Assembly: GCA_963760485.1 (NCBI GenBank)
Contig: CAVXDP010000015.1
Location: forward strand, 137,389 to 201,388
DNA: 64,000 bases
Reading direction: 5' to 3'
Origin: Candidatus Bathyarchaeota archaeon
Lineage (GTDB): Archaea; Thermoproteota; Bathyarchaeia; 40CM-2-53-6; CAVXDP01
Of the stretch, positions 30,437 through 39,914 are shown one piece after another; positions within the stretch are counted from its first letter, which is position 1; every line of letters begins with the position of its first letter. The translations under genes were made by a program, and so were the position numbers. The notes under the pieces are model-generated. The model was not told the origin of the DNA. It did no database searches and worked only from the letters and a program-made list of their open reading frames with translations.

Positions 30437-31006
30437 TTATGACAAGTGAACGCTCATCGAGAGGGCCTCGTCAACTACTCTCCAGTCAACTTCAGTTTCG
30501 ATGCAACCATCGCGTGACAGTGCTACACCCTGGCTTATCGCACCGAATCTCTCGCAGACGAAACCTCCCAATACCAGCTCCTTAAAACACGCGACTCCAA
30601 GACATGCCAAAGGTCTTTCTCGCTTGAGAATGGATCCCACCATGCTACCGCCCGAGAGAACGTAGGCACCTTTGTATCCTAGTTCCAGGGCCCTTGAGAT
30701 AACCCGATGGATTCCACATCTTCCACATTTCTTGCAGACATAACCAGACTCACTCAAAGAGGCTGGGCATTCTCTGGACCTTAGACACTGAGGAAGGAAG
30801 AGTATCCTTTTTTGGAATGGTATTCTGGCAAATGGTGTCTTAGTAGTCGCATTCTTTGTCTTGACGTATACTTCCAGAAGTCTCGTTTCGTCTATGCCGA
30901 TTTTCGCGGCTATCTTCTCGATCTTTGTGAGAGCAATGGCACCGATTCTATGCTCAGCAAGTTTCTCTATCAAGAGCATTGCAGAAGCTTCTTCATTCAG
31001 TGCCAT
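30437..31006 (-). CDS. Cys-rich DUF116-like protein
   Basis: The 189-aa product has CLRSRECP ... CKKCGRCGIH ... several conserved Cys. Family call from memory is tentative. Confidence 0.4.
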   Translation of the reverse strand: MALNEEASAMLLIEKLAEHRIGAIALTKIEKIAAKIGIDETRLLEVYVKTKNATTKTPFARIPFQKRILFLPQCLRSRECPASLSESGYVCKKCGRCGIHRVISRALELGYKGAYVLSGGSMVGSILKRERPLACLGVACFKELVLGGFVCERFGAISQGVALSRDGCIETEVDWRVVDEALSMSVHLS

Positions 31007-31126
31007 TTTGGATTCATCGCCCTCTGCTAAGAGGTATGACCATTAGGAATATCAAGCCTTTGAATATCGATGGTCCATGGTCCAATTATTCAGTGAACAT
31101 TCATTTCCAGCATTTGTTTGCTAGGT

Positions 31127-32476
31127 CTACTTGGTCGATCTTGTTATTCTAACGTTGTCCACGTAGAAGTGGGACAAGAGTATTGGAATATCCACTTCCC
31201 ACCACTTGACCCACAGTCGATCCTTTGAAATTGCCATTATTGACTGCAAGATTCGCAGCATGTTGTCGCTCATCCTAAGGCCTTTTACTGGACCAGCCAA
31301 TTCGCCGTTTGATATCGTAAAGATTCCATCTCTACATATAGTTGAAAAGTCTCCTGTCTGGTAGTTCTGGAAGCGCGTGTACCAGTTATTCGTAACGTAA
31401 ATTCCGTTTCGAACCTCTTCAAACAATTCCTCTTTTGAATAGTTTCCAGGCTCAACCATCAGGTTCGACGGTACAGGTACAATTCCAGAGTCACCACCAT
31501 AGTATCCATGTCCTGTCAAGTCTGCGTCGAATTTCTTGGCAGTGTAGGAACTGTGAAGCAGAGTTCTCAGCTGACCATCCTGAATGATTGTTGTGGGTTT
31601 GGTTGGAAAACCTTCGTCGTCGAAGGCGTGGGAACCTGGGCCTCCGGGGAACTGTTGATCATCTATCAGAGTAAAGGTGTCTGAGGCAACTCTCTGTCCA
31701 AGTTTGTCGGGGAAATATGACATGCCAATCTCAACGGCATAGGCTGAGGCTGATAGTGCTGTCGTGTTCAGCAAGTTGGCCATTATCGACGGTCCTAGGA
31801 CCGCTCGATAGACTCCTTCTTTGCCTTCCTTGGGTGCAATCGCCATCTTCGCTATAGTGCCCGCTTCTCTTCCCGCTATTTCAGGATTGAAATCCTGGAA
31901 TGTTGTTGAGCACGATACTCCTTGTCCACTGGAATCATCTTCAACAAAGGCCCTCACAGTAAGTTCGAGTAGTGTCCCCTTCTCTCTTCCTTCGTTTCCC
32001 GTTGACGTTCTCAGCATTCGATTCCATTCAGTAGCCGCCAGTACTCCAGATACTCTTTTTGCACCTGCATCGAGCGCCGAATTGATCGAGGCTGCAACTG
32101 CATCTGTCAACTCATCAGTCGATGATGGCACTCTTGGATCGTAGTTGTTCTGAATTGTGCTGTACGTGAATGGTCCTTGAGGGAGTCTTGAATCTACATC
32201 TCCGGGTTTCATGAGTCTTATTGTCTTTGTTAGAGTTTCCATTGCGGACGTGATGGCTTCGGGAGTTGGATCTTCAATGGTACATCCGGTTCTTCTGGGG
32301 CCCATACTCATGTAGATTGTCGGGGTGATCGTGTTCCAGGCTTGGAGCACAGTAATCGAATTGTTACTGAATCTGAGCATCCGTTTGTTCTCTTCGACGA
32401 CTATAGCGCAGACGTCTGAGGCTCCAGCCTTCTCTCCCTGAGAGACAATTAATGCTGCAATTTCATTAGAGTTCAA
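31127..32476 (-). CDS. pmbA: PmbA/TldE-family metalloprotease component
   Basis: The 449-aa product belongs to the TldD/PmbA family (C-terminal GxxxG/HSSYT-like region) and is paired with the tldD fragments upstream. Confidence 0.7.
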   Translation of the reverse strand: MNSNEIAALIVSQGEKAGASDVCAIVVEENKRMLRFSNNSITVLQAWNTITPTIYMSMGPRRTGCTIEDPTPEAITSAMETLTKTIRLMKPGDVDSRLPQGPFTYSTIQNNYDPRVPSSTDELTDAVAASINSALDAGAKRVSGVLAATEWNRMLRTSTGNEGREKGTLLELTVRAFVEDDSSGQGVSCSTTFQDFNPEIAGREAGTIAKMAIAPKEGKEGVYRAVLGPSIMANLLNTTALSASAYAVEIGMSYFPDKLGQRVASDTFTLIDDQQFPGGPGSHAFDDEGFPTKPTTIIQDGQLRTLLHSSYTAKKFDADLTGHGYYGGDSGIVPVPSNLMVEPGNYSKEELFEEVRNGIYVTNNWYTRFQNYQTGDFSTICRDGIFTISNGELAGPVKGLRMSDNMLRILQSIMAISKDRLWVKWWEVDIPILLSHFYVDNVRITRSTK

Positions 32477-32478
32477 GG

Positions 32479-33931
32479 TTAAAGCCCTCCAAGTCTCAGT
32501 CTTCTAAGCCTGATTTCGGGTCCCCCAGTCCACACAGGTGCTCCCTGCTGGGGGTCTCCTTTTCCACAAGTCGCTGCTTGAAAATCAACAGTCTTTGACA
32601 CAGCGTCCACGCTGCTATAAAGGCTGTGGGTGGTAACCTCAAGTACAGGGTTCCTGATTGGTCGAGTAACCTCTCCATTTTGGATCAGGTAGGCTTCGAG
32701 GCCGACATATCGCTGGTTGTACCTCCTATCGTCGATGTTCCATTCCATGAATGTCTTGATGTAGACTCCTGACTTTAGTTCGTCAAAGAGTTCTTCTCGA
32801 GTATAATTGCCTGGTTTCATGTACGTGTTTGCCATCCTGATAATGGGTTCTCGACTGTACGCAACGGCTCGTGCGGCACCGTTGCTTTTCACCCCCATCT
32901 CAGCTGGCCGTTTCACGGTTGTGTAGGAAACTTCTGATTACGCCTTTCTCAATCAGCACTCGTTCTCCAGTGCTCACCCCTTCATCATCGTAAAGGTAAT
33001 AGCCAAACGACCTTGGCAGGGTAGGGTCATCTACGATAGTAACGTGATCGCTACCGATTCTTGTACCGATCATTTCAGGCTTCAGATAGGATTCTCCTGC
33101 CTGCGCTGCTTCTCGTCCCAGTATTCTGTCTGCCTCTTGCGGATGGCCGCATGACTCGTGGCATATGATCCCGACAACCTCAGATCCCAGAATGAGGTCA
33201 GTTTCACCCTTAGGTGGGGCTGAGCCTTCTTCGAGAATCTTGCCCAAAGTTTTCGCTTCGTCAGAAACTAGTTTCGGGGGATCCCATTCCTGTACAGCTT
33301 CCCAGCCTCTGCTTTCTCCAACATGTGTCCATCTCTGAAGTGTTCCTTTGCCAGGCTTTGAAGCTGTGAGAAAATACCAGAGGCTGATTCGAGGGACTCT
33401 TCCATGGATCCTTGTACCTTCGCTATTTACGTAGAACTTTTCCTGTCTGTCATGTGAAAGTGTCATATACCGGGAGGGTAAATCGACACCTACTTTCTGT
33501 GGATCGAGCATATGCTCGACTTCAAGAAGAAGATCGAACTTCTCTTCTGGGCTTATGTCTTCAGGAGAAGATGCAGCTTTCACTTCCCAGCTCGTTTGAA
33601 CAGTCTTCTCAATTGAAAGTTTCACAGGGTTCTTGACGAGGCGTGAGGCAGAACGTGCCATATTGTATGCGAGTTTCACAAGATCTTCTACGTCGACTTT
33701 CGTTAGTTTATCTGTTGAAGCAAATCCTAGAGCTCCGTTAACTAGGATGCGAACTCCGATGCCAACAGCTTTGGATAATTGAAAAGTGTCCGGGATACCG
33801 TTCTTCAACGTGTAGGTGTTCTCTACGTCGCTCTGAATTCTTGCTTCAACATAATCAGCACCGAGATCTAATCCTCTTCGAATAACGTTCTCCGCCAAGT
33901 CTTCCATTCTTAGACGGTCACCATCGCTCAA
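32479..33931 (-). CDS. tldD: TldD-family metalloprotease, split into 32900..33931 (N-terminal) and 32479..32916 (C-terminal), consistent with an indel in a C5 homopolymer near 32905-32912
   Basis: The N-terminal ORF (343 aa) ends ...FLHNRETAS; the C-terminal ORF (145 aa) starts ...EMGVKSNGAARAVAYSREPIIRMANT. Together they span about 488 aa, which is TldD length. The overlap is 17 nt and falls in a ccccc run. Confidence 0.7.
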
Positions 33932-34931
33932 TCTCTAATTTGGTAGAAGCTGTTTCCACAATTACTCTACGATCGTTTGTAACCCTGCCAACAACTTGTG
34001 ATCCCTTAATGATGGTGAGTGTCTTTCTTTCATCCGCCCTTGGAACCACCATCAAGAATCCAGTTCCCATGTTGAAGGTTCGGTACATCTCTCTGTCAGT
34101 GACTTTCCCTTGTCTCTGTATGAGTTTGAAAATCTCTTGCGGTTGGAATAGATCATCAAGATAGAAACCCACATTCGCTCTAGTTCCGATTCTCTTCAGT
34201 TTCGAGTATGCGCCTCCTGTTATGTGTGCCATTCCGTGAACGTGTACTCTGGATCTCAAGAGCTCCATTATCGGTTTCACGTAGATGCGTGTCGGAGTTA
34301 GAAGCATTTCAGCGACGTGTCGACTAAACTTCTTAAGAAGGATTTTTCTGGCAAGGGTCAAGCCGTTACTGTGTATTCCAGTACTTGAGAGACCAATTAT
34401 TGAATCTCCAACTTCTATTCTGGTGCCGTCGACAATTCTGTCTTTTCTAACCACTCCAATGCTCGTCGCTGAGAGGTCGAAACCCTCTATGACATCAGGC
34501 ATAATAGCGGTCTCGCCTGAAACGATCGCTACACCAGATTCTAGAGCGCCTCGGCGAAGCCCTTTCATCACGCCTTCGATTAGTCTTTCGTTGGGTTTCT
34601 CCAATGCAAGATAATCCACAAGTGCAACTGGTTCAGCCCCAACGCATATGATGTCGTTAACGTTCATCGCTACACAGTCGATTCCCACACCTTCATATTC
34701 TCCCAACATGAGCGCTACGAGAACCTTCGTTCCTACTCCATCGCTGTGAAGTGCCAGTGCTTGTCCCTTGCCTATGTCTATCAAACCGGCATAGTGCCCT
34801 CTAATGTCCAGTACCTTGCCAAATCTTCCTTTTCGTGTTGAGAAAGTCTCGGAGGCGATTTTGTCGATATCTCCGTGAATCTTCTTGACCTTTCTAATGT
34901 CAACGCCCGCTTTTGCATATGTGAAGCTCAT
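33918..34931 (-). CDS. purM: Phosphoribosylformylglycinamidine cyclo-ligase (AIR synthetase)
   Basis: The 337-aa product matches the PurM family (GVDIRK..., GIDCVAMNVNDI). Confidence 0.9.
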   Translation of the reverse strand: MSFTYAKAGVDIRKVKKIHGDIDKIASETFSTRKGRFGKVLDIRGHYAGLIDIGKGQALALHSDGVGTKVLVALMLGEYEGVGIDCVAMNVNDIICVGAEPVALVDYLALEKPNERLIEGVMKGLRRGALESGVAIVSGETAIMPDVIEGFDLSATSIGVVRKDRIVDGTRIEVGDSIIGLSSTGIHSNGLTLARKILLKKFSRHVAEMLLTPTRIYVKPIMELLRSRVHVHGMAHITGGAYSKLKRIGTRANVGFYLDDLFQPQEIFKLIQRQGKVTDREMYRTFNMGTGFLMVVPRADERKTLTIIKGSQVVGRVTNDRRVIVETASTKLEIERW

Positions 34932-34956
34932 TACTGGGTCAGCTACTGCCGCATTG

Positions 34957-35388
34957 TCATATAGAGGTCTGATTTTTCAACTCGAGAATTCTTTGTGCGA
35001 AGTAGGCTGCGTTCTCGGCGTTATCTATGCCAACGCACGCCACGGGGATGCCTTTCGGCATCTGGACAATTGAGAGCAGGGAGTCCAATCCGCCTACAGC
35101 CTTGTTGACTGGAACGCCGACTACAGGCTTCTTAGTTCTGGCGGCGATGTATCCTGGAAGATGAGCTGCCAGACCGGCTATCGCGATGTAGACGTCTGCG
35201 TCGGAGGATGCTAGGTAAGACTCGAGATCCTTGTAGTTCCTGTGGCATGAGAGGATTTTCGTCTCATAATTCACCGTGAGTTCCCTAAGAACTCCTTCAG
35301 CTTTCCCGGCAATTTCCAGGTCGCTTTTCGAACCGATTATGATCGATACTTTTCCATTCATCTCATTTTCCCCCTTGACGTTATTCAA
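34957..35388 (-). CDS. purE: N5-carboxyaminoimidazole ribonucleotide mutase
   Basis: The 143-aa product has PurE motifs (IIGSKSD..., AGLAAHLPG). Confidence 0.85.
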   Translation of the reverse strand: MNNVKGENEMNGKVSIIIGSKSDLEIAGKAEGVLRELTVNYETKILSCHRNYKDLESYLASSDADVYIAIAGLAAHLPGYIAARTKKPVVGVPVNKAVGGLDSLLSIVQMPKGIPVACVGIDNAENAAYFAQRILELKNQTSI

Positions 35389-36353
35389 CTCTGTCTATTA
35401 CGTGCTTTTCCAACATTCCAGAGTTCCTTCAGGTCGTATTTGATACTGACTTTCTCCTGTTTTGCTGTTGCGATGAGAGTGTTGTGAAGTAGAATAGCAA
35501 CCGTCATAGGTCCAACTCCTCCCGGAACGGGGGTGATGTATGACGCCTTTTCGAGAACACCGTCGAAGTCCACGTCGCCGTAGGTCCTTCCGTCAATCTT
35601 CGATGAGCCAACATCAATTATGACAACTCCATCTTTCACCATGTCTTTTGTAACAATGAAATCTGGTCTATTCCCAACGGCACTCACTAGGATGTCGGCG
35701 TCTCTAGTGTATTTTTCAAGGTTCTTTGTCCTTGAATGGCATATGGTAACTGTTGCGTCAGCGTTCAGGAGTAAGATGTCGGTACTCAGAAAAAGCAGCT
35801 GTAGTGGGTCCAGAGTTGATAGAAGAAATGAAAGTGGTTTTCCAACCAGATTGCTACGGTTTATGATCACTGCATGTTTTCCATCTAGACTTATCTTGTA
35901 ATGTGTGAGAAGTGTCATAATGCCCTTGGGCGTGCATGGCACCAGCTCATATTTTCTGTACGATAAGTGACCGGCGTTTATTGGGTGAAGTCCGTCAACG
36001 TCTTTGTAAGGGGCTATCTTCTCAATCAGGTCTTCTCCGTTGAGTCCCATTGGGAGCGGCAGCTGAACCAATATGCCGTGAACGGACAGGTCATTGTTCA
36101 AGGTCTCTATGAATTTGTACAATTCCTCTGCGTGGGTGGTTGCTGGAAGTTGATAGTCTCTTGATTGGATACCAACCTCTTGGCAACCCAAGTGCTTTAT
36201 TTTCAGATAGGTCTTGGAGGCTGGATCGTCCCCGACTAGAATTGTTGCTAAACAGGGATTGACCGCTTTCTCTTTGAGTGATTTGACTTCGAGTTTTATG
36301 TTATCTCTAATTTCCTGTGCAAGTCGTTTACCATCCATTATGGTTGCTGTCAT
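35385..36353 (-). CDS. folD: Bifunctional methylene-THF dehydrogenase/methenyl-THF cyclohydrolase
   Basis: The 322-aa product matches the FolD family ([14 protein letters not shown]..., VQLPLP). It is embedded in the pur operon. Confidence 0.85.
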   Translation of the reverse strand: MTATIMDGKRLAQEIRDNIKLEVKSLKEKAVNPCLATILVGDDPASKTYLKIKHLGCQEVGIQSRDYQLPATTHAEELYKFIETLNNDLSVHGILVQLPLPMGLNGEDLIEKIAPYKDVDGLHPINAGHLSYRKYELVPCTPKGIMTLLTHYKISLDGKHAVIINRSNLVGKPLSFLLSTLDPLQLLFLSTDILLLNADATVTICHSRTKNLEKYTRDADILVSAVGNRPDFIVTKDMVKDGVVIIDVGSSKIDGRTYGDVDFDGVLEKASYITPVPGGVGPMTVAILLHNTLIATAKQEKVSIKYDLKELWNVGKARNRQS

Positions 36354-37114
36354 AGAATGTCCTCTATCCGCTTTCCTTCTTTCAGCAGCTCCTCTGTTTG
36401 AAAGTGGATGTAGGCCTTCTCTCTAGTCTCCCACAACTTGTCCCAGTTCTCGCCGTAGTCTACTCCTACAGTCTTCCCTTCAACCTTCAGCCGTCCATCA
36501 ACGTGGAGTTGAATTGCCTTTGAGTAGATTCTATGTTCATAGATGAGGATTCTTTCCGATAACGTATCTGGTGTATCACTCGGTTTGACAGGGACAGTAT
36601 GTTGCAGGATTATTGGTCCACCATCGACATCGTTGGTGACATAATGGATTGTGCATCCAGACTCCTTTTCTCCTGCTTTCAAGACAGCCTCGTGAACGTG
36701 ATGTCCATACATTCCCGGGCCTCCATATTTCTGAATGTTTCTTGCGGGGTGAATATTCATTATCTGCAATCGGTATTCGTCGACGATGTACGGACCTAGG
36801 ACTTGCATGAATCCTGCAAGAGCGATCACGTCGACCTTATGATCCCTCAGTGCTTTCACAGCTTTCCTGTCGAATACCTCTCTTTCTCTCTCTTTCGCTT
36901 CCGGGCTGGCGAACTTTTTTCCAAAAAGTCCTTCGATGAACAAGGTCGGTATTCCGTTACGTTGCGCTCTCTGGATCGAGTAGGCTTTGCTATTGTTACT
37001 GATCAAGATACCAATCTTGACATTCCGTAATACATCAAGCTTAATGTGATCTACGATAGACTGAAAGTCGGATCCTTTGCCAGAAGCAAACACACCTAGA
37101 ACATGTGTTGTCAT
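36350..37114 (-). CDS. purN: Phosphoribosylglycinamide formyltransferase with a C-terminal extension of about 55 aa
   Basis: The PurN core is present (GVFASGKGSDFQ..., NIHPA). The 254-aa product is longer than the usual length of about 200 aa. Confidence 0.7.
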   Translation of the reverse strand: MTTHVLGVFASGKGSDFQSIVDHIKLDVLRNVKIGILISNNSKAYSIQRAQRNGIPTLFIEGLFGKKFASPEAKEREREVFDRKAVKALRDHKVDVIALAGFMQVLGPYIVDEYRLQIMNIHPARNIQKYGGPGMYGHHVHEAVLKAGEKESGCTIHYVTNDVDGGPIILQHTVPVKPSDTPDTLSERILIYEHRIYSKAIQLHVDGRLKVEGKTVGVDYGENWDKLWETREKAYIHFQTEELLKEGKRIEDIL

Positions 37115-38562
37115 CTTAGCTTTCTCACATGTTCGATTCTCTTCTGTATCAACTGGTCAGTTCCAACATCTTTTCTATGGCGTAGGTTTCCTTTCACGTG
37201 ACTCGTCACCTTCTCTGAAATCTTCTCTGCTTCGCTGATTGTGTCAGCGAACCCAGTTAGTGCCACAGTTCTTGACGTGGTTGTGACGATTTGACTATTG
37301 ATCATGTCAACACTTGCGTAGAAGACTTGGGCGCCGTCTTTTCGAATTGCTTTTTCGTCGACGACAATTGGGTCTCCGGGTTTCACGTTCTCTGGATAGT
37401 CTGCTGGAACAAGATACTTACATACTGTAGCTTTAGACTCGAACTCACCTGACTTGGTCATGTTTCCATCAGCGATCCCACAGTAAAGCTCCAGTGGATC
37501 AGTGTCCAGCAGCGGAAGTACGTTCATGCTTTCGGGGTCTCCAAATCTGGCGTTGAACTCTACAACGTTCACTCCAAAATCCTTCTTGACGTTACCTCGG
37601 CCTAAGAGGAACTGTCCGTAGAGGATTCCTTTGTAGGGGATGCCTATTTCCCTCTTCAGCGCGTCCACAGTTTTCTTCATTATTTCCAAGCTGTCTTCAA
37701 ATTCCTGACGAGTAAGGAATGGCAAGAGATGGTTCTTGTCACTGTAACTTCCCATTCCTCCGGTGTTTGGGCCTACATCTCCATCGTATGCTCTCTTGTG
37801 GTCTTGGACACATGGCATCGGCTTCAGATTTTTTCCATCTACAAAAGCCTGGAGTGTATACTCCTCACCGTCAAGTCTCTCTTCTATGACTACTTTGCCG
37901 ATTCCGCCTGGTTTCTGGTCGAGAATTTTCTGCACGTATCGACTTGCTTCTTCACGGTTCTTGAGATGTTCTCCGACTATTTGAACGCCCTTTCCTCCGG
38001 TTAGCCCTGCGGGCTTTATTACGGCTTCACCAATTGAATTGATAGACTCAGATGCCTCATGTGGATTCGAGCATACTTCGAAATGTGGAAGACCCGGGAT
38101 GGAATACTTCTTCATCAATTCTCGGCAGAAGGCTTTGTCTCCTTCAATCATGGCCAGACGTTTCCTAGGACCTACGCACCTGATTCCCTTGTCTTCCAGT
38201 GTATCAACTACACCGCTGACTAACGGTGCTTCGGGTCCAACAATGGCGATATCAACCCTGTTCTGAAGAGCAAAGTCTGTTACGAAACTACTGTCAGTTA
38301 TCTTTCCTACGACGTACTTTTTTGAGCGTGTCATGATCCCGGGGTTTCGTCCGCTCATTATCGAGAATAGCCGCGCCTTCTCGTTTCTTGCCACGCTTTC
38401 AGCGATCGCGTGTTCTCTTGCACCAGATCCGACTAGCAGGACGTTTATCACTATTTCATCTCCCAGTATCGGATTCGTTCGTTTGACTTCTTTCCCTTCA
38501 TCTGGTCCGATAACTCTTGCGCGAGCGGAGTTGGATATTCTCCCGTTAGGCATCCAAGGCAT
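37111..38562 (-). CDS. purD: Phosphoribosylamine-glycine ligase (GAR synthetase); the real start is likely near 38450 (INVLLVGSGAREHA)
   Basis: The PurD ATP-grasp domain is present. The ORF as drawn overlaps the purF 3' end, and the first 38 residues are probably not translated. Confidence 0.8.
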   Translation of the reverse strand: MPWMPNGRISNSARARVIGPDEGKEVKRTNPILGDEIVINVLLVGSGAREHAIAESVARNEKARLFSIMSGRNPGIMTRSKKYVVGKITDSSFVTDFALQNRVDIAIVGPEAPLVSGVVDTLEDKGIRCVGPRKRLAMIEGDKAFCRELMKKYSIPGLPHFEVCSNPHEASESINSIGEAVIKPAGLTGGKGVQIVGEHLKNREEASRYVQKILDQKPGGIGKVVIEERLDGEEYTLQAFVDGKNLKPMPCVQDHKRAYDGDVGPNTGGMGSYSDKNHLLPFLTRQEFEDSLEIMKKTVDALKREIGIPYKGILYGQFLLGRGNVKKDFGVNVVEFNARFGDPESMNVLPLLDTDPLELYCGIADGNMTKSGEFESKATVCKYLVPADYPENVKPGDPIVVDEKAIRKDGAQVFYASVDMINSQIVTTTSRTVALTGFADTISEAEKISEKVTSHVKGNLRHRKDVGTDQLIQKRIEHVRKLR

Positions 38563-39914
38563 AACTCTTGGTCGCTATAGCCTATGGCATGCAATAGTCC
38601 CTCTAACGTCTGGTAACGGAGTCTGTCGGCTTTCACGAGTTTCTCTATCTCTGGAATCGATCTCTCAAATGCGACTAGTTCTTTGTGTGTTGCTATGTCG
38701 ATTCCATAGAAGCATGGTGATACTATGGGTGGACACGTGATCCACAGTTCAACTTTCTTGGCCCCCGCATTCTTCACCAAGCTTACGATCTTTTCTGATG
38801 TTGTTCCTCTCACGATACTGTCATCAACTAGGACCACTTTCTTGTCCTTTAGGACAGACCTGACGGGGTTAAGTTTCACGGCGACCGAATTCGATCTAGT
38901 TTTCTGTTCAGGCATTATGAATGTTCTCCCTATGTACCGATTCTTGATCAAGCCTTCGGCAACGTAGATTCCTGTTTCTCGGGAGATTCCCTCAGCAGCG
39001 GGGCGAGCGGTATCTGGAACGGGGACTATGACATCCGCGTCTGTACTGTACGTTTTCGCTAGGTTTCTTCCAAGGTTTATTCGAACGCTGTAAACATCCT
39101 TGCCGTTTAGGGTTGAGTCTGGTCGGCTAAAATAGACATACTCAAACATACAATGAGCTTTGCGTGTGCAGGGGCACACGTCCTTTCTCCATGTATCATG
39201 GTCCGAGCTGGACAGCACAAGTTGACCCGGTTGAACATCCGAGATTGACGTGATACCATTCACATTTAGGGCGACGCTTTCCGATGCCATCATAGTCAAG
39301 TTTTCGTTTTGGCCATAGCAGAGTGGTCTGAATCCGTATGGGTCTCGGAAAGCGAATACTTCCCCCTCACCCGTTACGGCTGTTATTGAGTAGGCCCCCT
39401 CCATTTGTGACATGCATTCACTGACAGCAGTCTCAAGATCCTTTGTCGCCATGAGCGCTTTCACGAGCGTCTTCAGTATTATCTCACTATCTGATTCTGA
39501 TGAGAGGAAGATGCCTGATGAGAGTAACTTTTTTCCAAGAGCGATTTTGTTGACTAGGTTGCCGTTATGACATAGTGCTATTCCATTCTTCTGATAGTCG
39601 ACGAAGAAGGGTTGAGCGAATCCATCAATTGAGAAAGCTCCGTTGCGAATGTCTTCTGAAGCTGATTTGCCAACTGTCGAATAACGAGTATGGCCGATTC
39701 CAATACTCCCTCTAAGGTGTGCGAAGTTTTCCAGTCCGGGCACTAGGCCAAGTTTCTTCTCATGATAGAACTTGTCTCCGTCATGCGTGTAGATGCCTGC
39801 GGCCTCTTGACCTCTATGTTGCAGCGCGAGAAGTGAGAGCCAGATATTCTCAACAACGTCGCCGCTCTTCTTTACCGCACCAACAACTCCACAACTCTCT
39901 CTCAGAGGTTTCAT
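38451..39914 (-). CDS. purF: Amidophosphoribosyltransferase
   Basis: The 487-aa product has an N-terminal CGV nucleophile region and a PRTase domain (VLVDDSIVRGTT). Confidence 0.85.
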   Translation of the reverse strand: MKPLRESCGVVGAVKKSGDVVENIWLSLLALQHRGQEAAGIYTHDGDKFYHEKKLGLVPGLENFAHLRGSIGIGHTRYSTVGKSASEDIRNGAFSIDGFAQPFFVDYQKNGIALCHNGNLVNKIALGKKLLSSGIFLSSESDSEIILKTLVKALMATKDLETAVSECMSQMEGAYSITAVTGEGEVFAFRDPYGFRPLCYGQNENLTMMASESVALNVNGITSISDVQPGQLVLSSSDHDTWRKDVCPCTRKAHCMFEYVYFSRPDSTLNGKDVYSVRINLGRNLAKTYSTDADVIVPVPDTARPAAEGISRETGIYVAEGLIKNRYIGRTFIMPEQKTRSNSVAVKLNPVRSVLKDKKVVLVDDSIVRGTTSEKIVSLVKNAGAKKVELWITCPPIVSPCFYGIDIATHKELVAFERSIPEIEKLVKADRLRYQTLEGLLHAIGYSDQELCLGCLTGEYPTPLAQELSDQMKGKKSNERIRYWEMK

